A stretch of 64,000 nucleotides of DNA from Rhynchopus sp. YZ270_cl-10 (Eukaryota), in assembly GCA_964035575.1 (NCBI GenBank), contig OZ037836.1, positions 1 through 64,000 of the forward strand, read 5' to 3'. The notes below the pieces were generated by a model. The model made no database searches. It saw only the letters and a program-made list of their open reading frames with translations, and was not told where the DNA came from. Shown one piece after another: positions 41,001 to 54,100 of this stretch (the stretch's first letter is position 1; each line of letters opens with the position of its first letter). Made by a program: the position numbers and the translations under genes.

Positions 41001-44000
41001 TAAAATCGATGAAAAAATGTCAAAATCACTTTCCCGTGACCCAATAGCGTGAAATATGGCCCATGTGGGCCCCCAGGACCTATAACACCCCCAATCGGTC
41101 GAAACCATGCATATTTTACACCCCCAGATACATGTGCCCATGGGGTGCCAGACCCCAAAATCATGATTTTTTCATGATTTTTGGCCGGATGCACTGACCA
41201 GCAGGGCCATACCGTCTACCGGGGCAACCATATTTTTGAAAACTCGGCCTTGCATAGGGCCCAGTATGTCCCACAGGGTATATTGCCCCAGTATCAGGTC
41301 CCCGCACAAGCCAAACCAATATTTTAAAATTGATTTTTTTGAAAAAAATATTTTTCAAAAAAAATCGTGATTTTTGGGATTTTGGTGATTTTTACAGTTT
41401 TGCACACCCTGAAAATCGGTTTTTTCGGCTCCGCAGGTGAAATATCGACATAATTTAGGTATGTTATGTGCATAATATACCCATTAGAGCCCATTCAAGT
41501 CACATTCCGACCATTTTTCCTGAAAAGGAGCTCCAGTCTCAGTGTCTTGCTGAGATCCCGCCTTAATTCCCGCTACACAATTTCACAGCTCCAGTCTGAG
41601 CGTCTCGCTGAGATCCCGCCTTAATTCCCGCTACACAATTTCACGGCTCCAGTCTGAGCGTCTCGCTGAGATCCCGCCTTAATTCCCGCTACACAATTTC
41701 ACGGCTCCAGTCTGAGCGTCTCGCTGAGATCCCGCCTTAATTCCCGCTACACAACTTCACAGTGTCTAGCTGACACCCAGCCTGAGTACCCTCTACAAAG
41801 GTCTGAAGACCACAAAAAACACCCTATTTTTGACCCTGAAAACATGATTTTAGCAAATAGGGCAACTAGTTTGGTGATGCAGCGACCGACTCATGGGCCC
41901 AGTATGTCCAACAGGGCCATATGTTTGGTAAATTGTACCGGGGGCAAGGGGATGTACAAAAAAAAAGTGGATTTTTTACCTTACCAGTAAAAAAATGGCC
42001 AAAAATAGGCCAAAAATGGCCATTTTTCGGCCATGTGACCCCCACAGCAACCCTATATAGACCCCTAAAAACCTAATACTTTTTTCCCAGCGATGTGTCC
42101 TGGGGGCCCTTCGGGCCCCCAGGACACATTGCAACCCCGTTTTTTCAAAAAGTTGGCCCTACGGGCCAACTTTTTGAGGTGGCCTGTAGGGTGACCCCTT
42201 CAAAAAGCTGGAACCCGGATTTTGGGGTCAGGGGTCCGTTTATGCACTTTTATGTATAAAAAAATGTCTGGGGCGAGAAAATGCAAATTTTTGCCTGCAA
42301 ACACACTGCATACTACTACAGGACCATATTCCATCTTATCAGGAAAAATTTCGGAGGTGTTAGTCATAAAAACAATTTAAAATTTTTTGAAAAAACATGA
42401 GATCTGGATAAAAGTTTTGACTGTACCTGTGGAAGGTGGGATTTTGCCTGTGTTTTGACTTTTTTTTTCAGTAAATAAACTTCTACTCATCTCCGGAGGC
42501 CGTCCGAGGTCGCAATTAACTCATTTTGACAATTTAGGGCCATATACCGCCCGTTTTTTCAAAAAGTTGAAAATTTTGGCCCCCAGGATTGGGTACAGCG
42601 TGTACTGAACCCAGATTTTCGAAAAATCTCAACTTTTGAAATTGGTCACTTATGGCAGCATGTATCTGACACCCAATTTTGACTTTTCCCGTGAATCCAT
42701 TTTGGTGCATATACACTATCTGGCACCCCTGAGTCCATTGCGGGGTCGTTTTTCCAAAACGTCGACCGGACTAATACCTAATATGACCCTGGGTATAGCG
42801 TACCGTCTCAGAAACACCCCAAAATCAGTGTTTTTGAAGGGTTGTCACAGCTAAAATCGATGAAAAAATGTCAAAATCACTTTCCCGTGACCCAATAGCG
42901 TGAAATATGGCCCATGTGGGCCCCCAGGACCTATAACACCCCCAATCGGTCGAAACCATGCATATTTTACACCCCCAGATACATGTGCCCATGGGGTGCC
43001 AGACCCCAAAATCATGATTTTTTCATGATTTTTGGCCGGATGCACTGACCAGCAGGGCCATACCGTCTACCGGGGCAACCATATTTTTGAAAACTCGGCC
43101 TTGCATAGGGCCCAGTATGTCCCACAGGGTATATTGCCCCAGTATCAGGTCCCCGCACAAGCCAAACCAATATTTTAAAATTGATTTTTTTGAAAAAAAT
43201 ATTTTTCAAAAAAAATCGTGATTTTTGGGATTTTGGTGATTTTTACAGTTTTGCACACCCTGAAAATCGGTTTTTTCGGCTCCGCAGGTGAAATATCGAC
43301 ATAATTTAGGTATGTTATGTGCATAATATACCCATTAGAGCCCATTCAAGTCACATTCCGACCATTTTTCCTGAAAAGGAGCTCCAGTCTCAGTGTCTTG
43401 CTGAGATCCCGCCTTAATTCCCGCTACACAATTTCACAGCTCCAGTCTGAGCGTCTCGCTGAGATCCCGCCTTAATTCCCGCTACACAATTTCACGGCTC
43501 CAGTCTGAGCGTCTCGCTGAGATCCCGCCTTAATTCCCGCTACACAATTTCACGGCTCCAGTCTGAGCGTCTCGCTGAGATCCCGCCTTAATTCCCGCTA
43601 CACAACTTCACAGTGTCTAGCTGACACCCAGCCTGAGTACCCTCTACAAAGGTCTGAAGACCACAAAAAACACCCTATTTTTGACCCTGAAAACATGATT
43701 TTAGCAAATAGGGCAACTAGTTTGGTGATGCAGCGACCGACTCATGGGCCCAGTATGTCCAACAGGGCCATATGTTTGGTAAATTGTACCGGGGGCAAGG
43801 GGATGTACAAAAAAAAAGTGGATTTTTTACCTTACCAGTAAAAAAATGGCCAAAAATAGGCCAAAAATGGCCATTTTTCGGCCATGTGACCCCCACAGCA
43901 ACCCTATATAGACCCCTAAAAACCTAATACTTTTTTCCCAGCGATGTGTCCTGGGGGCCCTTCGGGCCCCCAGGACACATTGCAACCCCGTTTTTTCAAA

Positions 44001-47000
44001 AAGTTGGCCCTACGGGCCAACTTTTTGAGGTGGCCTGTAGGGTGACCCCTTCAAAAAGCTGGAACCCGGATTTTGGGGTCAGGGGTCCGTTTATGCACTT
44101 TTATGTATAAAAAAATGTCTGGGGCGAGAAAATGCAAATTTTTGCCTGCAAACACACTGCATACTACTACAGGACCATATTCCATCTTATCAGGAAAAAT
44201 TTCGGAGGTGTTAGTCATAAAAACAATTTAAAATTTTTTGAAAAAACATGAGATCTGGATAAAAGTTTTGACTGTACCTGTGGAAGGTGGGATTTTGCCT
44301 GTGTTTTGACTTTTTTTTTCAGTAAATAAACTTCTACTCATCTCCGGAGGCCGTCCGAGGTCGCAATTAACTCATTTTGACAATTTAGGGCCATATACCG
44401 CCCGTTTTTTCAAAAAGTTGAAAATTTTGGCCCCCAGGATTGGGTACAGCGTGTACTGAACCCAGATTTTCGAAAAATCTCAACTTTTGAAATTGGTCAC
44501 TTATGGCAGCATGTATCTGACACCCAATTTTGACTTTTCCCGTGAATCCATTTTGGTGCATATACACTATCTGGCACCCCTGAGTCCATTGCGGGGTCGT
44601 TTTTCCAAAACGTCGACCGGACTAATACCTAATATGACCCTGGGTATAGCGTACCGTCTCAGAAACACCCCAAAATCAGTGTTTTTGAAGGGTTGTCACA
44701 GCTAAAATCGATGAAAAAATGTCAAAATCACTTTCCCGTGACCCAATAGCGTGAAATATGGCCCATGTGGGCCCCCAGGACCTATAACACCCCCAATCGG
44801 TCGAAACCATGCATATTTTACACCCCCAGATACATGTGCCCATGGGGTGCCAGACCCCAAAATCATGATTTTTTCATGATTTTTGGCCGGATGCACTGAC
44901 CAGCAGGGCCATACCGTCTACCGGGGCAACCATATTTTTGAAAACTCGGCCTTGCATAGGGCCCAGTATGTCCCACAGGGTATATTGCCCCAGTATCAGG
45001 TCCCCGCACAAGCCAAACCAATATTTTAAAATTGATTTTTTTGAAAAAAATATTTTTCAAAAAAAATCGTGATTTTTGGGATTTTGGTGATTTTTACAGT
45101 TTTGCACACCCTGAAAATCGGTTTTTTCGGCTCCGCAGGTGAAATATCGACATAATTTAGGTATGTTATGTGCATAATATACCCATTAGAGCCCATTCAA
45201 GTCACATTCCGACCATTTTTCCTGAAAAGGAGCTCCAGTCTCAGTGTCTTGCTGAGATCCCGCCTTAATTCCCGCTACACAATTTCACAGCTCCAGTCTG
45301 AGCGTCTCGCTGAGATCCCGCCTTAATTCCCGCTACACAATTTCACGGCTCCAGTCTGAGCGTCTCGCTGAGATCCCGCCTTAATTCCCGCTACACAATT
45401 TCACGGCTCCAGTCTGAGCGTCTCGCTGAGATCCCGCCTTAATTCCCGCTACACAACTTCACAGTGTCTAGCTGACACCCAGCCTGAGTACCCTCTACAA
45501 AGGTCTGAAGACCACAAAAAACACCCTATTTTTGACCCTGAAAACATGATTTTAGCAAATAGGGCAACTAGTTTGGTGATGCAGCGACCGACTCATGGGC
45601 CCAGTATGTCCAACAGGGCCATATGTTTGGTAAATTGTACCGGGGGCAAGGGGATGTACAAAAAAAAAGTGGATTTTTTACCTTACCAGTAAAAAAATGG
45701 CCAAAAATAGGCCAAAAATGGCCATTTTTCGGCCATGTGACCCCCACAGCAACCCTATATAGACCCCTAAAAACCTAATACTTTTTTCCCAGCGATGTGT
45801 CCTGGGGGCCCTTCGGGCCCCCAGGACACATTGCAACCCCGTTTTTTCAAAAAGTTGGCCCTACGGGCCAACTTTTTGAGGTGGCCTGTAGGGTGACCCC
45901 TTCAAAAAGCTGGAACCCGGATTTTGGGGTCAGGGGTCCGTTTATGCACTTTTATGTATAAAAAAATGTCTGGGGCGAGAAAATGCAAATTTTTGCCTGC
46001 AAACACACTGCATACTACTACAGGACCATATTCCATCTTATCAGGAAAAATTTCGGAGGTGTTAGTCATAAAAACAATTTAAAATTTTTTGAAAAAACAT
46101 GAGATCTGGATAAAAGTTTTGACTGTACCTGTGGAAGGTGGGATTTTGCCTGTGTTTTGACTTTTTTTTTCAGTAAATAAACTTCTACTCATCTCCGGAG
46201 GCCGTCCGAGGTCGCAATTAACTCATTTTGACAATTTAGGGCCATATACCGCCCGTTTTTTCAAAAAGTTGAATATTTTGGCCCCCAGGATTGGGTACAG
46301 CGTGTACTGAACCCAGATTTTCGAAAAATCTCAACTTTTGAAATTGGTCACTTATGGCAGCATGTATCTGACACCCAATTTTGACTTTTCCCGTGAATCC
46401 ATTTTGGTGCATATACACTATCTGGCACCCCTGAGTCCATTGCGGGGTCGTTTTTCCAAAACGTCGACCGGACTAATACCTAATATGACCCTGGGTATAG
46501 CGTACCGTCTCAGAAACACCCCAAAATCAGTGTTTTTGAAGGGTTGTCACAGCTAAAATCGATGAAAAAATGTCAAAATCACTTTCCCGTGACCCAATAG
46601 CGTGAAATATGGCCCATGTGGGCCCCCAGGACCTATAACACCCCCAATCGGTCGAAACCATGCATATTTTACACCCCCAGATACATGTGCCCATGGGGTG
46701 CCAGACCCCAAAATCATGATTTTTTCATGATTTTTGGCCGGATGCACTGACCAGCAGGGCCATACCGTCTACCGGGGCAACCATATTTTTGAAAACTCGG
46801 CCTTGCATAGGGCCCAGTATGTCCCACAGGGTATATTGCCCCAGTATCAGGTCCCCGCACAAGCCAAACCAATATTTTAAAATTGATTTTTTTGAAAAAA
46901 ATATTTTTCAAAAAAAATCGTGATTTTTGGGATTTTGGTGATTTTTACAGTTTTGCACACCCTGAAAATCGGTTTTTTCGGCTCCGCAGGTGAAATATCG

Positions 47001-50000
47001 ACATAATTTAGGTATGTTATGTGCATAATATACCCATTAGAGCCCATTCAAGTCACATTCCGACCATTTTTCCTGAAAAGGAGCTCCAGTCTCAGTGTCT
47101 TGCTGAGATCCCGCCTTAATTCCCGCTACACAATTTCACAGCTCCAGTCTGAGCGTCTCGCTGAGATCCCGCCTTAATTCCCGCTACACAATTTCACGGC
47201 TCCAGTCTGAGCGTCTCGCTGAGATCCCGCCTTAATTCCCGCTACACAATTTCACGGCTCCAGTCTGAGCGTCTCGCTGAGATCCCGCCTTAATTCCCGC
47301 TACACAACTTCACAGTGTCTAGCTGACACCCAGCCTGAGTACCCTCTACAAAGGTCTGAAGACCACAAAAAACACCCTATTTTTGACCCTGAAAACATGA
47401 TTTTAGCAAATAGGGCAACTAGTTTGGTGATGCAGCGACCGACTCATGGGCCCAGTATGTCCAACAGGGCCATATGTTTGGTAAATTGTACCGGGGGCAA
47501 GGGGATGTACAAAAAAAAAGTGGATTTTTTACCTTACCAGTAAAAAAATGGCCAAAAATAGGCCAAAAATGGCCATTTTTCGGCCATGTGACCCCCACAG
47601 CAACCCTATATAGACCCCTAAAAACCTAATACTTTTTTCCCAGCGATGTGTCCTGGGGGCCCTTCGGGCCCCCAGGACACATTGCAACCCCGTTTTTTCA
47701 AAAAGTTGGCCCTACGGGCCAACTTTTTGAGGTGGCCTGTAGGGTGACCCCTTCAAAAAGCTGGAACCCGGATTTTGGGGTCAGGGGTCCGTTTATGCAC
47801 TTTTATGTATAAAAAAATGTCTGGGGCGAGAAAATGCAAATTTTTGCCTGCAAACACACTGCATACTACTACAGGACCATATTCCATCTTATCAGGAAAA
47901 ATTTCGGAGGTGTTAGTCATAAAAACAATTTAAAATTTTTTGAAAAAACATGAGATCTGGATAAAAGTTTTGACTGTACCTGTGGAAGGTGGGATTTTGC
48001 CTGTGTTTTGACTTTTTTTTTCAGTAAATAAACTTCTACTCATCTCCGGAGGCCGTCCGAGGTCGCAATTAACTCATTTTGACAATTTAGGGCCATATAC
48101 CGCCCGTTTTTTCAAAAAGTTGAAAATTTTGGCCCCCAGGATTGGGTACAGCGTGTACTGAACCCAGATTTTCGAAAAATCTCAACTTTTGAAATTGGTC
48201 ACTTATGGCAGCATGTATCTGACACCCAATTTTGACTTTTCCCGTGAATCCATTTTGGTGCATATACACTATCTGGCACCCCTGAGTCCATTGCGGGGTC
48301 GTTTTTCCAAAACGTCGACCGGACTAATACCTAATATGACCCTGGGTATAGCGTACCGTCTCAGAAACACCCCAAAATCAGTGTTTTTGAAGGGTTGTCA
48401 CAGCTAAAATCGATGAAAAAATGTCAAAATCACTTTCCCGTGACCCAATAGCGTGAAATATGGCCCATGTGGGCCCCCAGGACCTATAACACCCCCAATC
48501 GGTCGAAACCATGCATATTTTACACCCCCAGATACATGTGCCCATGGGGTGCCAGACCCCAAAATCATGATTTTTTCATGATTTTTGGCCGGATGCACTG
48601 ACCAGCAGGGCCATACCGTCTACCGGGGCAACCATATTTTTGAAAACTCGGCCTTGCATAGGGCCCAGTATGTCCCACAGGGTATATTGCCCCAGTATCA
48701 GGTCCCCGCACAAGCCAAACCAATATTTTAAAATTGATTTTTTTGAAAAAAATATTTTTCAAAAAAAATCGTGATTTTTGGGATTTTGGTGATTTTTACA
48801 GTTTTGCACACCCTGAAAATCGGTTTTTTCGGCTCCGCAGGTGAAATATCGACATAATTTAGGTATGTTATGTGCATAATATACCCATTAGAGCCCATTC
48901 AAGTCACATTCCGACCATTTTTCCTGAAAAGGAGCTCCAGTCTCAGTGTCTTGCTGAGATCCCGCCTTAATTCCCGCTACACAATTTCACAGCTCCAGTC
49001 TGAGCGTCTCGCTGAGATCCCGCCTTAATTCCCGCTACACAATTTCACGGCTCCAGTCTGAGCGTCTCGCTGAGATCCCGCCTTAATTCCCGCTACACAA
49101 TTTCACGGCTCCAGTCTGAGCGTCTCGCTGAGATCCCGCCTTAATTCCCGCTACACAACTTCACAGTGTCTAGCTGACACCCAGCCTGAGTACCCTCTAC
49201 AAAGGTCTGAAGACCACAAAAAACACCCTATTTTTGACCCTGAAAACATGATTTTAGCAAATAGGGCAACTAGTTTGGTGATGCAGCGACCGACTCATGG
49301 GCCCAGTATGTCCAACAGGGCCATATGTTTGGTAAATTGTACCGGGGGCAAGGGGATGTACAAAAAAAAAGTGGATTTTTTACCTTACCAGTAAAAAAAT
49401 GGCCAAAAATAGGCCAAAAATGGCCATTTTTCGGCCATGTGACCCCCACAGCAACCCTATATAGACCCCTAAAAACCTAATACTTTTTTCCCAGCGATGT
49501 GTCCTGGGGGCCCTTCGGGCCCCCAGGACACATTGCAACCCCGTTTTTTCAAAAAGTTGGCCCTACGGGCCAACTTTTTGAGGTGGCCTGTAGGGTGACC
49601 CCTTCAAAAAGCTGGAACCCGGATTTTGGGGTCAGGGGTCCGTTTATGCACTTTTATGTATAAAAAAATGTCTGGGGCGAGAAAATGCAAATTTTTGCCT
49701 GCAAACACACTGCATACTACTACAGGACCATATTCCATCTTATCAGGAAAAATTTCGGAGGTGTTAGTCATAAAAACAATTTAAAATTTTTTGAAAAAAC
49801 ATGAGATCTGGATAAAAGTTTTGACTGTACCTGTGGAAGGTGGGATTTTGCCTGTGTTTTGACTTTTTTTTTCAGTAAATAAACTTCTACTCATCTCCGG
49901 AGGCCGTCCGAGGTCGCAATTAACTCATTTTGACAATTTAGGGCCATATACCGCCCGTTTTTTCAAAAAGTTGAAAATTTTGGCCCCCAGGATTGGGTAC

Positions 50001-51145
50001 AGCGTGTACTGAACCCAGATTTTCGAAAAATCTCAACTTTTGAAATTGGTCACTTATGGCAGCATGTATCTGACACCCAATTTTGACTTTTCCCGTGAAT
50101 CCATTTTGGTGCATATACACTATCTGGCACCCCTGAGTCCATTGCGGGGTCGTTTTTCCAAAACGTCGACCGGACTAATACCTAATATGACCCTGGGTAT
50201 AGCGTACCGTCTCAGAAACACCCCAAAATCAGTGTTTTTGAAGGGTTGTCACAGCTAAAATCGATGAAAAAATGTCAAAATCACTTTCCCGTGACCCAAT
50301 AGCGTGAAATATGGCCCATGTGGGCCCCCAGGACCTATAACACCCCCAATCGGTCGAAACCATGCATATTTTACACCCCCAGATACATGTGCCCATGGGG
50401 TGCCAGACCCCAAAATCATGATTTTTTCATGATTTTTGGCCGGATGCACTGACCAGCAGGGCCATACCGTCTACCGGGGCAACCATATTTTTGAAAACTC
50501 GGCCTTGCATAGGGCCCAGTATGTCCCACAGGGTATATTGCCCCAGTATCAGGTCCCCGCACAAGCCAAACCAATATTTTAAAATTGATTTTTTTGAAAA
50601 AAATATTTTTCAAAAAAAATCGTGATTTTTGGGATTTTGGTGATTTTTACAGTTTTGCACACCCTGAAAATCGGTTTTTTCGGCTCCGCAGGTGAAATAT
50701 CGACATAATTTAGGTATGTTATGTGCATAATATACCCATTAGAGCCCATTCAAGTCACATTCCGACCATTTTTCCTGAAAAGGAGCTCCAGTCTCAGTGT
50801 CTTGCTGAGATCCCGCCTTAATTCCCGCTACACAATTTCACAGCTCCAGTCTGAGCGTCTCGCTGAGATCCCGCCTTAATTCCCGCTACACAATTTCACG
50901 GCTCCAGTCTGAGCGTCTCGCTGAGATCCCGCCTTAATTCCCGCTACACAATTTCACGGCTCCAGTCTGAGCGTCTCGCTGAGATCCCGCCTTAATTCCC
51001 GCTACACAACTTCACAGTGTCTAGCTGACACCCAGCCTGAGTACCCTCTACAAAGGTCTGAAGACCACAAAAAACACCCTATTTTTGACCCTGAAAACAT
51101 GATTTTAGCAAATAGGGCAACTAGTTTGGTGATGCAGCGACCGAC

Positions 51146-54100
51146 TCATGGGCCCAGTATGTCCACAAACCCGCAAACCCGCAAACCCGCAAACCCGCAA
51201 ACCCGCATTTCACCCTCATCATACCTCTCTGTGTTTAAGACAAACTCTGTGCTCTGCCCTGTAGTACCTTCAGGAGGAGTGGGGAGCCCAAGATCTTCCA
51301 TTGAAGTCTTAACGTTCGCTTCCTTAAGGAGCCGTTGCATGTCTAGCAAAGCTTTACGCTTCTCTTTAGGGTAGATGTGGTTGCTTGGTACTGCTTCCTC
51401 CCGTTCCTGCCTTTTTACTCTGTCCAAAGGTGGCGCACACAGCTCAAACTCATACTCTGCCCACGCCTTTGCAACGTCTTCTGCAGTGGTCATGTAGTTT
51501 ATTATTATCATTGCAAACGTAAAACGGATGGCACGTGAGGACAGTGTTGTATTGATGCACTCTTTCAGGGCGTTACGCAAGATTGCCCCATCATGGATAA
51601 GCCCCATTTCTGCTGCAGCTGCATAAAATGTAGGATGAACAACGGAGCCTATGGTTCTCAGCTCTTCAAAGCTGCATGATCCACGCTTGCACAGAAGAAG
51701 TAGACGGAGACAGTGCAACTCCTTATCCTTTACAGGGGCCCAGTACATCCTGCCGATTGAGAGGCCTTCTCCTTCATTTCTTTTTGAGTGAGGGCCAGGT
51801 TTATAGCAGCCTTCTTCCTCGCACCACCCATATCCCGGTCTCAGCTGCCATTCCTTCTTTTCTCTGGGGTAAGAAAAGAATTCTGGGACATCATTGTAAA
51901 GTAGTTTGTCAAAGCCTTTGTAGGCTTCATGTGCTGGAATGCCTTCACGATGCTTCTTGCATCTTTCATTTGCTTCGAAAAAGGCAAGGAGTGTACTTTT
52001 GGATTTTGCAGCCGCATCCCTTCTCCTTGAGTCATCACCATAATTCTTTAAAGGAAAGTACACCCTCTGCTCATCTTCGAGGTGGATGTGGAGTCTCTGC
52101 ACTCCTGGGTAAATCCGCACCATCTTTGTTCCGAGTAGGTACCCACAAGCATCAGCCGCAGTCAAACAATGTGCCTTCAGAAACCTCATAATGCTCCCAG
52201 TGGTCGTGGTCGTTGTTGTGGTTTTTGCTTCTGATGGCCCTCCTTTATGCTTTGTATCTTCCTTTATCACACCATCTACCTCATTCTCCCCCTTGAATAA
52301 GTATTTGAACAAATATTTAGCAGCAAGAATCCCGCGCACTGCCTCAATGTTGATGTGGCACTGGTACTTGAGGAGAAGATACGCATTGTAGGGAACCACC
52401 CACCTGTTGTTCCTCTGGTTTGGGTGAGTAGTTTCCCCTGGGTGTTTTTCTTTCCATTTCTTCACAACGTCTGGATCCACATAAGACAGTATCCCATGAT
52501 CCCTTCTTATGACAAAGGCGTAGCCATCATTGCCAGAGGTGGTGAAATCTCTGAAGTCCTTGGGGAAGTTGGACTTGCAATATTTGCACTTTCCATCCTT
52601 TCCCTTCTGTAGACAGGGAGAGCCTCTATTTTTAAGGCAGTCATTGTGCATGAGGTACTCGCTTACAGCTTTGTAGAGGTTAGGATGTGTTTCTGGGTCC
52701 GGGAGCTCAGCATGCACGATGTGGTCGATGTTGAACGGGTCCTTAGGTGACGTTTTATTGTTGTTCCAAAGGATTGCGTGGCAGTGAGGGAGCCCTCTCT
52801 TCTGGTACTCGGTCACCATCACCATTGCAATATTTTGTCCAAGAACATTCTTTTTGCGTATGTCGTCCACAAGTTCCTTGACTTTTAAGTCGAACACACG
52901 GTGAACAAGCTCCGGACGGTCGAGGGCCGTTTCTCCTTCGAGAAGATTGGATTGTATCTCCTCCCACATCGGGTTGCATGTCATTGTGAGAAAGAAATCA
53001 GCTTTCCCATACTTTGCGTATATTGCAAGTGTGTCGTTGAGTAATTGTGCCCTCGCAGCTACTCCTCTCTCAAATGAAGAAGGCATAGAGATTTCGTTTG
53101 TCGGTGGAATCTGTTTCCCAGAGGTGATGTCTTTCTTGGAGGCGTAGCCCATTCCCCTTCCAACAATATGGTATTTCAGTCGCTGATACATGCCACGCAT
53201 CGCCATGTCGATGAAGAACTGCTGTGTCAGCGTTCCATGCATGAGCAGGGGGTTGTAGGACAACGGGTCTTTGCTGCTGTTCGGACGGTGGTGCATGAGA
53301 TATGTTGCGTACTGCTTTGCTGAGATGAATGTTGAAGATGGTGTCGTTTCAGCTAGGTTAGTAGCGTTGCGAAGAACCTCATGCATTGAGTCCACAGCTC
53401 TGTCTTCTTCTGCACAACGTTCCCATCCACCATTCCACTCTTCAGGGTCTACCTGCATCGCATCATCCTTTTCACCGCTGTTGAGCGCTTCAGGGTTTGG
53501 TGCTGTTGGTTCAGGGTTGTTCGTGTTTTGGGCATCATCATCATCATCATCATCACTGTCAGATGCAGCTCCGCGGTTCACCACCCTGTGAGGCATCTTC
53601 AGGCGGAACCCATTATTCTCGGTGGGATTCAGATGGGCTAATGGATATGAAAGCAGTTCATAGAGTTGGTTAAAGTCATCAATGATGATTGGTGCGTTCC
53701 ACTTTGGATCCTTACCCCCATTTTCAGCACACGTAAACATTGGGTACACAGTAAATTTGCGCTCTGCAGGTGCGGCTTCATCGATGGTGTAGAACATCTT
53801 AACAGCACCCTTTGCCTCATCGGTTGTATATTCTGACCCTGTCTTGCTTGCCAGGACTTCATGGAAGTCAATCCTCATCTTCTTCAGCTCATCCTCGCGA
53901 CCCTTATACTGCTGTGAAATTGCTTTGAACTTTGCTGCAAATGCATTGTCTCCAAGAAGAAGATGACACTTCTCAGCAAGACCAAGAAGATTGTCAGGGA
54001 GGACCCCTCCAGTCATGCTTTTTTTATTGTCTGTGCTGCTGACGTTTGGATCAACAAACCAGGACTCTGTGAGAGCATCGTCATAAAAGCCATTGAATTT

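Larger units (their letters stand above)
4808..51165. repeat. Tandem array of a 1851-bp non-coding unit: 21 full copies plus a 707-bp partial copy, interrupted once by a MULE
   Basis: Identical short ORFs recur every 1851 bp (6138, 7989 ... 49938). Unit 1 is 4808-6658, unit 21 is 48608-50458, the partial is 50459-51165. Few variants between copies. Confidence 0.98.
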
